Assembly (NCBI RefSeq): GCF_963921235.1
Contig: NC_086097.1
Span: 236,966,001-237,030,000, forward strand
From: Mobula hypostoma
Lineage: Eukaryota
Length of the DNA stretch: 64,000 nucleotides
Direction: 5' to 3'
The first letter of the stretch is position 1; every line of letters begins with the position of its first letter. Below are positions 26,287 through 39,992 of the stretch, in pieces. The position numbers and the translations under genes are program-made. The notes below the pieces were generated by a model, which was not told where the DNA came from, ran no database searches, and saw nothing but the letters and a program-made list of their open reading frames with translations.

Positions 26287-27091
26287 TTAAGCAACATTTC
26301 AATACAATGTCCTTTAATGAACCATGGATAATCTGGCTTCTGCAAATAATACTGGCAATTAGGCACTAAGTTACACAGATCTGCAATGGTTTTTCACAGT
26401 TATTGAGGACAGGATTGAGAATGACCACATTAATTTCATTAGACTCTTCTAACTGGATAGAAGTAGTTCTTTATCATATTATTTTGGATCAGCTGTTCAA
26501 TTCAATAATTCATTTACTTTAACACAGTAATCTATGTACTTTCCACATCTAAAAATACCTTAATTCTAAATTCCATAAAAAATTGATTTCAATAAAGAAA
26601 ATGTGAATTTGAGTTACAAGTATGAGGGCTGTTAATTAAGTTCTGTCTTCAGGAATCTTCCTAAATCAGCAAATCATAGATATTACAGGGATGCACCCAA
26701 ATGGTGGGTCTTCTTGTCAAGGAATCTACTTTGCCCTTTAATGAGCTCCTATCTTCTTTGTTAAGTATAGTCTTATGCCCTCGATATTCCTCAAGGATCG
26801 TATTTGCCTATACTTGTCGATAGGCTTTCTTTATTTTGAATGAAACACACTGTATAATTTAGGATAGTGTGCTGTGCCCTGTCTTTAAATTTCAGAAATT
26901 GCAGCGGTCAAGCACAATATGCTGTTGCTGTACTCTAGGGTGCTTAAAAGGTCGAGCCGAGATGGATTTTAAATCAATTAACAATTAAATAATTTGATAC
27001 CGAAACTAAATACAGAAGACCCGAGAAATCACCTGTTGTTGATGTCTCACGAGGCAACTGAATATGTTAATTTTTATTGAAATCAACCTAC

Positions 27092-27157
27092 CGCTTAGTT
27101 TGGGGCTTGGTGTTCCAATTGAAGGTCTGTTGCTTTTCTCCGATTTCTTTGAACCAG
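27092..27157 (-). CDS. CSMD3: CSMD3 linker exon: (A)GSKKSEKSNRPSIGTPSPKLS
   Basis: ttttcatag acceptor, G|gtaggt donor; 66 nt, phase 1-1; 'AGSK...RP..GTPSPKLS' matches CSMD3 rather than CSMD1/2 as I recall them. Confidence 0.9.
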
Positions 27158-27649
27158 CTATGAAAATAACAAAAAAAGTATGAAGTACATTATTGACAGA
27201 AACATTCATACATTTATCGACATATTCCATGGAAGATCACCAGTTTGTTCATTTATACTTTAGCAGGAGATCAAAGGGATCCAGGTGAAGCTGGGCAAGT
27301 GTCTACGTCAGAAGTTATTTCGGATTTTCTCCTAAGTTAGAGAAGATAACTGTGAAAAACACACAGAAATGTAGATGTCCCACTCAAATAACATGATCTA
27401 GCCACTTCTGGTTTTCTCGTGAGAAGATGCCTTCATGTCACTCTTGCGAAAAGGTAGGGAAGTACAAGATGATGACTCTAGTGTAAAAGCTCACCCTTGT
27501 GTCTGGTGAAGTGCTGCACATTGTACTAGATTTTACATCGATATAAGGGCAGGCAGAAAGTCAAAACTCTGTTGCCATATGAAGGAGGTGCATTCAATTA
27601 AAAAGTAAAAATAGATGCAATATATGGTACCTAATAGCATTGCTATCTA

Positions 27650-29326
27650 CAGTACTATGCAAAGGTCTCAGGCACATATATATAGCCAGTCTGCCTAAGA
27701 CTTTTGCACAGTACTGAAGTAATTTTTGTATTGCACTGTACTGGTGCCGTAAAAAAGAATAAATTTCATGACATAGGTGAGTGACGATAAACCTGATTCT
27801 GATATGGGTCTCTATTGCGGAAGGAAGGAAAGTGGGAAGGGGGCAAGGCGAGAGGAGAAGCATGTTTGGGAAAAGGGGAAGGGAGAGGGGAGGGGTCAGA
27901 AAGCAGCAGAGAGACATTCTGTAAATGTCTGTAAATTCTGTAAAACAATAAACCAATTGTTTGGAATCAGATTACCTTGCCTGGTGTCTCAGCGCAGAAG
28001 CGACTGCACCCGCACCATTTCCATCAGTCCCACCCCTGCATTCCACCTGTCCCATACCTCTCCCACCCCTGCCATTTCACCTGTCCCACCTCTCCCACCC
28101 CTGCATTCCACCTGTCCCATACCTCTCCCACCCCTGCCATTTCACCTGTCCCACCTCTCCCACCCCTGCATTCCACCTGTCCCACACCTCTCCCACCCCT
28201 GCATTCCACCTGTCCCTCCTCTCCCACCCCTGCATTCCACCTGTCGCACACCTCTCCCACTCCTGCATTCCACCTGTCTCACACCTCTCCCACCCCTGCA
28301 TTCCACCTGTCCTATACCTCTCCCACCCTTGAATTCCACCTGTCCCACACCTCTCCCACCCCTGCATTCCTCCTGTCCCATACCTCTCCCACCCCTGCAT
28401 TCCACCTGTCCCACACCTCTCACACCCCTGCATTCCACCTGTCCCACACCTCTCCCACCCCTGCATTCCACCAGTCCCATACCTCTCCCACCTCTGCATT
28501 CCACCTGTCCCATACCTCTCCCACCCCTGAATTCCACCTGTCTCACACCTCTCCCACCCCTGCATTCCACCTGTTCCACACCTCTCCCACCCCTGCATTC
28601 CACCTGTCCCACATCTCTCCCACCCCTGCATTCCACCTGTCCTATACCTCTCCCACCCCGCATTCCACCTGTCCCACACCTTTCCCACCCCTGCATTCCA
28701 CCTGTCCCACACCTCTCACACCCCTGCATCCCACCTGTCCCACACCTCTCCCACCCCTGCATTCCACCTGTCCCACACCTCTCCCACCCCTGCATTCCAC
28801 CTGTCCTATACCTCTCCCACCCCGCATTCCACCTGTCCTACACCTCTCCCACCCCTGCATTCCACCTGTCCCACACCTCTCCCACCCCTGCATTCCACCT
28901 GTCCCATACTTCTCCCACCTCTGCATTCCACCTGTCCCACACCTCTCCCACCCCTGCATTCCACCTGTCCCACACCTGTCCCACCCCTGCATTCCACCTG
29001 TTCCACACCTCTCCCACCCCTGCATTCCACCTGTCCCACACCTCTCCCACCCCTGCATTCCACCTGTCCCATACTTCTCCCACCCCTGCATTCCACCTGT
29101 CCCACACCTCTCCCACCCCTGCATTCCACCTGTCCCACACCTGTCCCACCCCTGTATTCCACCTGTCCTACACCTCTCCCACCCTTGCCATTCCCATGAT
29201 CCTTCACTCCTGCCAGAGTTACAGACTTGCTCTCTGTTCCACGTTGAGAAATACAGTGCTGTGCAAAAGTCTTCGGCAACACCCGTGCTATACTGTATAC
29301 ACGGGCCTAAGACTTTAGCACAGTAC
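27650..29326. mobile_element. Composite Tc1-type MITE hosting the minisatellite
   Basis: Short TIR hairpins at 27650-27716 and 29254-29326; body matches 11999-12728. Confidence 0.65.
28028..29185. repeat. 33-bp minisatellite, about 35 copies (cacacctctcccacccctgcattccacctgtcc)
   Basis: Period of 33 read directly (28741 vs 28774); gives 11-aa repeats in the ORF track. Confidence 0.97.
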
Positions 29327-29982
29327 TCTACACTATCCCAAGTTATGCCAATCTTCAGTTTACCCCAGGTCAGACTCCTTAGTGCTATATTTACTAAGCA
29401 CTTGCTCCAGCTCATTGAGCTCCTCTTTAGGAGCTGATTGCGTAGCGTTAACTTCAGCTTACCACATGCAATATCAACCCACGCTGATAACCCACGCATC
29501 CAGCCAATTAATAGTATTGCCATGATCATTGGAGTTATAATGGAGGGTAGGCACCAATGCTCATAGTGTTGCCTGTATCACAAACAAAGGACAGGGTCTA
29601 ATGCAGGACAAGTCCTGCTGCTCCCATTTACTGAAGCTGACGGTCAATCCTATGATGCCGCTACTAATCAAGAAACCATCAAACTACATTTTAAACATAT
29701 CAAATAACTTGGCCTCCACTGCCGTCTGTGGCAATGAATTCCACAGATTCACCACACTCTGGTTAAATAAGTTCCTCCTCATCTCTGTTCTAAATGTTTA
29801 TTGTGTTTTCTATCCTATGAACTGTCATTCTTGTTATTTCCTTGGTGCTGAGCAACTGCTTTTCATACCAAGGATGCCCTTTCTTCAAATTTGCTTTAGT
29901 ATTGTATGTAAGAATATACTTAGCTTTTAAAGAGCCTAAAATTTTCCGATGGGAGTTAATACCCTATGATTTTTTTTCTCTA

Positions 29983-30630
<648 letters not shown>

Positions 30631-31747
30631 CTACTATAAATGATGAACATACTTATATTCTGTCTGGGTAGTCTTAAAACATTTTCTCTAACTTCCATTA
30701 ATTTCTCCCCCCTTCCTCTCTTCCTTTCTCCAGTCCCCACTCTGATTTCCCTCTTACCCTTTCTCTTCTCCGCATCTGCCCATCACCTCACTCTGGTTAC
30801 ACTCCCTCTTCCCGTTCTTCCATGCCCTCTTCTAGTAGATTTCTCCATCTTCAGCCCTTTACCTCTTCCACTTATCACCTCCCAGCTTCTTTCTTCGTCA
30901 AACCTCCCCTGCCCACCCACCTTTCCCCTCACCTGGTCTCACCAATCACCTACCATCTTGTATCATCTCTCTATTCCCCCCCCCCCCAACCCCCACCTTC
31001 CTATGCTGGCTTCTGCCCCCTTCCTTTCCAGACTTGATGCAGGGACTTGGCCTGGAAACATTGACCGGTTATTCCCCTCCATAGAAGTTCCTCCCTCCTT
31101 TCGTGTGTGTCACTCTTGATATTCAGCATCTGCAGAATCTCTTGTGACTTTGATTTTAAATTCTTCTTAGTTTAAATGCTTTCATTTATTTTCAGTGTTT
31201 CAATGTGCCTTTAATTACCCACTTTTAATGTCAAAAATGTAATCAACTTAAGTTTTTAATGCCATTTTTATCAGTTTTTAAATGTCTCCTGCTGGCCCAC
31301 TCGTTGCTGAGACCTCACTTCACCTTACCATCTTATTGTGAAGTTGGCCCTCCACAAGCAGAGCAGACAAGAGCATGGATTCTGTCCTCCTCCTATTAGA
31401 TTCCCCCTTCTCCAACCCTGTATCTTTTTCGCCAATCAACTTCCTTGCTCTTTACTTCATCCCTCCCTCTATCACCTGTCACCTGGTGTTTCTCCCGCCT
31501 TTGAAATCTTGTTCTCATCTCTTTTTCTCCAGTCCTGCTGAAGGGCCTTGGCCTGAAATGTCGACTATACTCTTTTCCATAGATGCTGCCTGGCCTGCTG
31601 AGTTCCTCCAGAATTTTGTTTGTGTTGTTCAGACAAGAGCAGACATGTGGCAGGGACAGGAGGCAATTTTGGCCTAGTTAGTACTGTTTCAGCAACTTAC
31701 ATCCATGCACTGGAGTGTACACTGTCTCCAAGTAAATTATTGAATAC

Positions 31748-32070
31748 ACACTCAGTGGCCACTTTATTAGGTACACCTGTACACCTGCCTGTCAGTACAA
31801 ATATCTAAATGGCCGTTTATGTGGCAGTATCTCAATGCATAAAAGCATGGAGACATGGTCAAGAGGTTCAGTTAATAAGATAGGTCAGAAAAAAAGGCCT
31901 GACTGGTTCAAGCTGACAGGAGAGTGACAACAACTCATGTAACCGTGCATTACAACAGTGGTGTGCAGAAGAGCATCTCTGAATGCACAAGACATTGAAC
32001 CTTGAAGTGAAAGGGCTACAGCAGCAGAGGACCATGAAAATACACTCAGTTGAAACTTTATTAGGTATAA
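31748..32070 (+). mobile_element. Tc1-like deletion derivative
   Basis: cactcagtggccactttattaggtacacc TIR and transposase remnant. Confidence 0.75.
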
Positions 32071-32849
32071 ATAGATGGTGTGTTTGGCTAAAGGAATATA
32101 ATTCCGGTAGAGGTGTCTTCTGCTGTAGACTAACATCCAACATTCAGCTGAAAATAAAAAGCAAATTTCTCTTCCCAGAAACAAATGTGAGAAATAAACA
32201 ATATTTGGAAGAACATAAAATCTGAAAATACTCAGCAACATGTATGGAGAAACAGAAATTAGGTAGTCACTCCTTCCCAGGAGTGTAAGATACTAAAGGC
32301 AGTCAACATGAAGAAAGAAACTAAACATGACTTATGATGTTAAGGAACATTCCATTCAGGACTTTGTATTGAGGATCACTCTCTAATATCTGCAAGAACT
32401 CCAACATGACACAACTCACAATACCTTTCCTTTCTCAGCTATATTCAAAAGGGACAATTCACTCTATGGAACCCTACGTTAATCTTTGTCCAGTCATGGC
32501 CCCCTCTGGTTTTCTCCTCTAGCCTCTGAGTTCCAGTCTTCCTGCTCCCTTCCCTAAGCACCACCCTATGAGGAACATTCCTATCCTTTCCAAGTACAAC
32601 CTCCAGTCACTATCCAGGAGCCTCAATATTACCAAGAGATGAAGTGATGATTTAGCCTTCAACCTTGTTGCAGAGTAGTCACTGTACACAGTGTATTCTT
32701 CTCAATATGGAGGAGAAATATGATACAGCTTTGACAATCAGGTGTTTCCAGTCATCTTGTACACTGCATTTCTCTTCCACCAACCAGAAAATGGAGAATG
32801 CCATTCTATCGTTCAAGAAGTGTAGCAAGAAAAAGCCATGGAATCAGTG

Positions 32850-34990
32850 GTGGGCAGGTTACTAGAAAGAATTATAAGGGGCAGGATCTATCAACATTTG
32901 GATAGACAAAGTCTGATTGTCAGGGCTATATTTGTGGGAAGTCATGTTTGACAAATATTTAGACTTTCTTTGAAGAAGTAACCAGAGTAGTATAGTAGAA
33001 GCTGCTGGCTTGAACATTTGTTAGATCTTTGACAAGGTCCCAGTTGGCAGGACGGTTTGGAAAGTTTGTTCCCATGGAATCCAATGACCGCTAGTTAGGT
33101 GGATTCAAAATTGGTTCAGAAGTAGGAATCAAAGGGTGGTGGTTGTTATTACTGTGAATGAATGCCTATGACCAGTGGTCTGCTAGCCTTTGTTATCTAT
33201 GTACGTGATATGGATGCAACTGCAAAAGTGTGTGGATGACATGAAGATATGATGCTGATAGTGAAGAAGCTTATTGTAGATACAAGGGGATCTTAGTCAG
33301 TTAAGGAAGTGAATCAAGGAGAGGCAAATAGATTTCAATACAGATATGTGAAACAGTCTCTCTCTCTCTCCCTCTCCCCCTCTCCCTCCCTCCCTCCCTC
33401 CCCTCCCCCCCCATCTTGTCCGCTGCTCCCGGAGGACGAACCTTGCATTCGAATGGTTTCTCTCTCCTTCCTGCTCGATGCTACCGGAGTTCTGGGTCTT
33501 GGACAAAGTTTGATCAATGCAGTTTGTGGATTGGACTCTTGTGTTTCAGATTGTGATATGTTTCTGGTTTCTGGTACTTCTTTTTTATTGCTGCTTTGTG
33601 TGATTTTGCTCAGGGTGACCTGCGGGTGGCGAGCGACACAGTGCTGAATTGAACTGAACTGAGCTATATTGAATGTGCCTGGATCCTTTTGATAACTCCG
33701 TGTTTTCTATTCTGTGTTCTTTTGTGAGTTTTTCTGCTGTCTGCGTGATTTTTTTGTGCGTTCCATGGTTGTCTGTGGGAAGATGAATCTCAGGGTTGTA
33801 TACTGCCTATACAATTTAAAAATAAATATTCTTTGAATCTTTGAATGATGTATCTTAGAACGTCAAACAGAATACAGTGAATGGTCAGGAAGTGGAGAGT
33901 GCAATGGAACACAGGGACATAGAAGTACAAGTGCACAGCTTGTTGAAGTGGCGTTAGTTGGTAAAAGGGCATACAGTATAGCATGCTGGCGTTCATCAGT
34001 CAGGGCATTGAGAGTGAGAGTTGAGACATTATGTTGCAGTTGTGCACTCAATGGCCTCTTTATTAGGTACACCTGTACACCTGCTCATTAATGCAAATAT
34101 CTAATTAGCCAATCATATGGCAGTGGCTGAATGTATAAAGATACGTCAACATTATCAACAGGTTCAGTTATTCTTCAGACCAGACATCAGAATGGGGAAG
34201 AAATGTGATCTAATTGCCCTTGACCACGGAATGATTGTCTGTGCCAAACAGGGTGGTTTGAATATCTCAGGAACTGAGACATCCTGAGATTTTCATGCGC
34301 AACAATCTCTAGAATTTACAGAGAATTGTGCACAAAAATCATCCGGTAAGCAGCAGTTCTGCGGGCCCTGTTGATAAGATAGGCCAAAAAGGAATGGTCA
34401 GATTGGTTTGAGCTGACAGGGAGTCAACAGTAATTCAAGTAACTACAGAAAAGCATCTCTGACTGCACAACACATCGATCCTCACAGTGGATGAGCCGCA
34501 GCAACAGAAGACGACAAATGTATGTTCAATGATTGTTCCTGTACCGAATAAAGTGGCCATTGATGAGGCCACACTTGAAGTACTGAGTACAGTTTTGGTC
34601 AACTGTTATTGTATAGCAAACATTCTGTTAAACAGGAAGGAGTTCAGAAAAGATCTAAGGATTTTGTTAGGATTGGAGGGCCTGCATTACAGGGAGAAGC
34701 TGACCAGGCGAGATCTTTATTTCTTGGAATGCAGGAGAATGAACAGCAACCTTATAGAAGAGTTTATATTTATAGAAGTTTTTGATAAAATGGATGGTCA
34801 GTGTTTTCTGCAGAGTAGTGGAGTCTAGAACTAGGAGGCACAGATTTTGGAAAATTTAAAAAGAACCTGAGGGGCAACCTTTTCATGTAGAGGGTGGTGT
34901 GTATATGGAATGAGTAGCCAGAGGAGGTGGTTGAGGCAAATACCTCATTTAAGAAGCATGTGTGTACTTGTTCGGGTGTACTCTGGAGAT
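32850..34990 (+). mobile_element. Old CR1 RT/3' region split by two later insertions (about 33350-33845 and 34045-34565)
   Basis: Collinear RT remnants (tttgacaaggtccc, ggatgacatgaagat, ggccacacttgaagtactg) resume after each insert. Confidence 0.7.
34045..34565 (+). mobile_element. Tc1-like non-autonomous element with partial transposase N-terminus
   Basis: TIRs cactcaatggcctctttattaggtac / gtaccgaataaagtggccattga; MGKKCDL..LDHGMIV remnant. Confidence 0.8.
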
Positions 34991-36053
34991 ATGGTATATA
35001 GCAAATATTAATTTCAACCATGACCAGCCTTCAGTCCTGAACTTGGATTGTAGATTAAATTTCAAATGTAGCCCAGAACAATGGTGTTCTTGGAACTGAA
35101 GACTGGAGTAGACTGCAAACAAAAGAACACTCCATTTGACCTCAGATGCCGGCATATGCATGAATGCAGCCCATTGTCAGTGGGGACTAACATGCATTTT
35201 GGGTGTCGGTATGAAGATCGAGGTGTTTGAAAATTACATGTAATTCAAAGGAAGCATTGTAGATACATTGTAACTATAGAATTGTCCAGCTGTTACCTTT
35301 GCTCCTTAGTGTATAAAAATGCCACGTAATATTGAATCAGCAGGCCTCTTCTTCCAAGAGTGCCTCTGGTATTATTCCTGCTTTTTTGGTTGGAAAAAAA
35401 GATCTTTACATCCACCAGCTTCAGTGTCTCTTCAGTGACTTTGTTCACAATCACAATAAACAGGCCTTGGAGGGTTTGGGCTGAACGCAGGAAACTGGGA
35501 CTAACTAGTTAAGTAGATGGACATCATGGTCGGCACAGACTCATTGGGTTGTATTGTTCTATGACTCTATAAAAATGGTGGGTTGAGGCCATAGAATAAC
35601 AGCACTATGAAAAAAGCTAAACCTTGCTCAAACACCTTTCATTATCTACTGTGTAAAACAAATCTTGAATAAAAGATAATGCACAAATCTGGTCTAACTT
35701 TTTAAAATGTGTAACTCTAAACTAGACCAATTTTCAGGGCCAAGAAGCCAGGTAATGAGGGAAGTTAGCACTAAGTAAAGGCAAGTTTTGTTAGATTACT
35801 TCCCAAGGGCTAGTTGTCAGAATAAGAAAACGTTCCCGGTAATAATTGATTTCTGTATGTTTTATATTGAGTCTAAAATGGATTAACAATACATTATTCA
35901 GTTAAATTGAACACAGTATCATTTATAAATAATAAAACCATTTTTTAAATGAATGAAATTGACTTGCAGTGGACACAAAGAAATGTTGCCATAAGACATC
36001 ACCTGAATTTTGCTTTGTTGTCTATCTCTATTTTAAAGTTTTGCTTTAGTTTA

Positions 36054-36260
<207 letters not shown>

Positions 36261-36406
36261 TTACAGATTGTGGTGAGAGATCCATTTGAAAAATTCAAAA
36301 TCATGACTCCTCCTGAAAACTGACATTTAGGGAATGGATACAACACAATCAATTGAATAGAGTGTCCAGAATCATATGACATAGATGGCAGTTTTCATCC
36401 GGCATA

Positions 36407-36955
36407 CACTCAGTAACCACTTTATGAGGTACACCAGTAAGTTAGTGCAGATATCTAACCAGCCAATCACGTAGCAGTAACTCAATGCGTAAAAGCATGC
36501 AGACATGGTCAAGAGGTTCAGTTGTTCGGACCAAAACATCAGAATGTGGAAGAAAAGTGATCTAAGTGTCTTTTTGACCGGAGAGTAATTGTTGGTGCCA
36601 TACAGTGTGGCTTGAGTATCTCAGGAACTGCTGATCTTCTAGGATTTTCACACACAATGCTCTTTAGAGTTCGGAGAGAATAGTGCAAGAAACAAAAAAA
36701 AAATCCAGTGAGCAGTTCTGATGACAAATATGCCTTGTTAATGAGAGAGGTCAGAGGAGAATGGCTGGACTGGTTCAAATTGACAGGAAGGTGACAGTAA
36801 CTCAATTAACTACGTGTTACAACAGTGGCGTGATCTCTAAATGCGCAACATATTGTACCTCAAAGTGGAGGGCGACAGCAGCGGAAGGCTATGTACACAC
36901 ATTCAGTGGCTACTTTTTTAGGTACAGGAGCTGCATAATAAAGTGGCTACTGAAT
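36407..36955 (+). mobile_element. Tc1-like non-autonomous element with partial transposase N-terminus
   Basis: TA-flanked TIRs; LSISGTADLLGFSHT...RRMAGLVQIDRKVTVTQLTT.YNSG. Confidence 0.82.
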
Positions 36956-38209
36956 ATAAGTCACTTTGAATCTTGGCCCAAGATTCATTCAGTAATTTAA
37001 GGCTTTGTGTTATCCATTAGGTGTTCTGTACATTTTTCACTTTAAGAGCGAGAAGCCATAATTCACACTGACCTTACATGATGAGTAATGGAGAAGTGAT
37101 AGAAACAGATTAAAGAAAAGGCCAAGAATATATCCTGAACTTGAAGGTTTCTGGTAGTTACAACAGGTTTTGGCAGCATTGTGCTTTATTCTACAAAAAT
37201 GTAAAAGTTGGAGCTTCACTTTAAAATGCATTTAAGATAATGGGTTTACATTTTAGCAGAATGAGGAAAGGTTGGCGGTGAGGTGAGGTTAGCTGTCAGA
37301 TTCCTTTTCTTTATGTGGAGGACCAGCAAACACTTGCAATCTTAATAAAAAAACTGTGTGTTCTTTTATTTTCTTGATATCCCTCCATTGAAAAGAGTTA
37401 TTCTGAATACTAACAATTACATTGAGTTTTGTGTGTCTTCAGACAGAGGAATGAATTTCCTAAATGTCCCCTGCTTGGCTCAGCTCAGAGTCTGCTGCGA
37501 ACTCTGTCAGTACTTCTGGATTGCTAGAATTATTATCATGAAGGCAATTGAATCATAATAGAATGTTGAACAACAAATTATCTCATAATCAGTGTATAAA
37601 ACACTAGAACATAAACATCCATCGTCTTTTGATTAATTTATATATTGTTTATATTATTACTGAAAGATCTATTCTGTTTCAGTCAGAAATATTTTAATCC
37701 TATGACATAAGCACTAAGCACTATTCATTGAGATAAATGAGGTTACAGTGACCTCCCAGCTGTTTTGAATTGACTGATAGGAATGGAGAATATTAGACGG
37801 CATGATTCCTTGTTCGACTTTTCATTCTTACAATTATGAACACATCAGCAATAGAATTTTAAAATCACAGTTGGATCCTGATCATAATGATATGGAGTGT
37901 GTGGAAACACCTGTAACCTTGAAGTCTTTACAAATTTATAACTTTTGTAAAATGTAATGTGACAAAATGGAACCTATGTGATCCCAGAATGCTTTACTGT
38001 TTTGGATGCATCTTACAAGAAGTGTATGTGTTATATAGCAGTGTGTTTATGGCAGGGTATTTATGATGTTTTTGACAACAGAGAAAAACAGGACACAGCT
38101 GGGGGGTAGGGGTGGGGGGAGGTGGTGGAGAAGCCTCAAAAGACAAATGGACAGATGTAGATAAGGAAGGAATGCATTTATGGGATGGAAAAACCTGTAA
38201 GTCATGAAG

Positions 38210-39992
38210 TTGATGAAGACAGGCAGAGGAATAGCATGGCTCTGCTGGTAAAGAATGGCATCAAATCAATAGAAAGATGTGTCAGAGGATCAGAAGATGT
38301 TCAATCCTTGTGGGTTGAATTGAGGGTAACAGGGTAATTGAACCCTTCTGGCAATTATATACAGGCGTCCCAACAGTAGCTAGGATGTGGACCACAGATT
38401 ACAACAGGAAACAGAAAAGGCATGTCAGAAGGGCAATGTTATGATAGCCATGGAGATTTTAACATGCACATCAACTGGGAAAATCAGGTTGGCAACGGAG
38501 CTCAAGAGAGAGAGTTTGTTGAATGCCTATGAGATGGCTTTTTAGAGTAGTTTGTCATTGAGCCTACTAGGGGATCAGCTACACCAGATTGGGAGTTATG
38601 TAATGAACTGAGGGTGCTTAAGGTAAAAGAACCCTTAGGAGACAGTGATCACCATATGATTGAGTTCAACTTGAAAGTTAAGAGGGAGAAAGTAAAGTCT
38701 GAGGTAGCAGTATTTCAGTGGAGTAAAGGAAATCACAGTGGTATGAGAAATTAGTTGTCCAAAGTAACTTGGAAGGAGATGCTGGCAGGAATGACAGAAG
38801 AGCAGAAATGGCGCAAATTTCTGGGAAAAATGAGGAAGGTGCAGTACGGATATATTCCAAGAACAACGAAATATGGAAATGGCAAAATAGTGCAACAGTG
38901 GCTGACAAAAGAAGTCAAAGCTAATGTAAAAACAAAAGTGAGGGCTTGCAACAAAGCCGAAACTAGTGGGAAGACAGAGGATTGAGGAGCTCTTAAAAAC
39001 CTACAGAGAGCAACTAAAAGAATCACTGGGTGGAAAAGATGAAATATGAAAGCAAGCTAGCAAACAACGTCAAAGTGGATAGAAAAAGCTTTCTTCAAGC
39101 ATGTAAAACCTAACAGAGACATGAAAGTGCATATAGGATTACGAGAAAATGAGGCAGGAGAAATAATAACGGAAGACAAGGAGAAGGCAGATGAACAAAA
39201 TGAGCATTTTGCATCAGTCTTCACTGTGGAAGACACTAGCAGTGTGCCAGATGTTGAAGGGTGCAAGGGAAGAGAAGTGGGTGCAGTTACTATTACAAGG
39301 GAGAAGGTGCTTCAGAAGCTGAAAGACCTAAAGTACATAAGTCACCAGGACCAGCTGAACTGCACCCTAGGGTTCTGAAAGAGGTAGCAGTAGAAATTGT
39401 GGAGGCATTAATAATGATCTTTCAAAAATCATTGGACTCTGGCATAGTGCCCGAGGACTGGAAAATTGCAAATGTCACTCCACTCTTTAAGAAAGGAGGA
39501 AGGCAGCAGAAAGGAAATTATAGACCAGTTGGCCTGACCTCAGTGGTTGGGAAGATGTTGGAGTCAATTGTTAAGGATGAGGTGATGGAGTACTTGCTGA
39601 CACAGGACAAGATAGTACAAAGTCAGCATGGTTTCCTTAAGGGAAAATCCTGCCTGATGAACCTGTTGGAATACTTTGAGGAGATTACAAGTAGGATAGA
39701 TAAAGGGGATGCAGTGGATGTTGTATATTTGGACTTTCAGAAGGCCTTTGACAAGGTGCCACATATGAGGCTGCTTACCAAATTAAAAACACGTGGTAGT
39801 ACAGGAAAGTTATAGGTACAGTTAGAGCATTGGTAGGAGGCAGCAAGTGGGAATAAAAGGATCCTTTTCTGTTTGGCTGCCGGTGACTAGTGGTTTCCGC
39901 AGGGGTCGGTGTTGACATTGCTTCTTTTTATGCTGTGTATAAATGACTTAGATGATGGAATAGATGGCTCGGTTGCCAAGTTTGCAGATGAC
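38210..39992 (+). mobile_element. CR1 ORF2 (endonuclease and RT), frameshifted, ending at KFADD
   Basis: PEDWKIANVTPLFKKG, NYRPVGLTS, QHGF, YLDFQKAFDKVPH, tttgcagatgac. Confidence 0.9.

Noticed and set aside
27315..27351. Alternative terminal exon (gtttttcacag|VIFSNLGENPK*) giving a secreted CSMD3
   Set aside because: Only an acceptor-like motif; no homology or transcript support visible
28028..29185. CRISPR-like array
   Set aside because: Head-to-tail repeats with no unique spacers, no cas genes, eukaryotic context
27777..29529. Long ORFs (513, 486, 295 aa and others) on both strands
   Set aside because: Artefacts of a stop-free 33-bp minisatellite; no domain content
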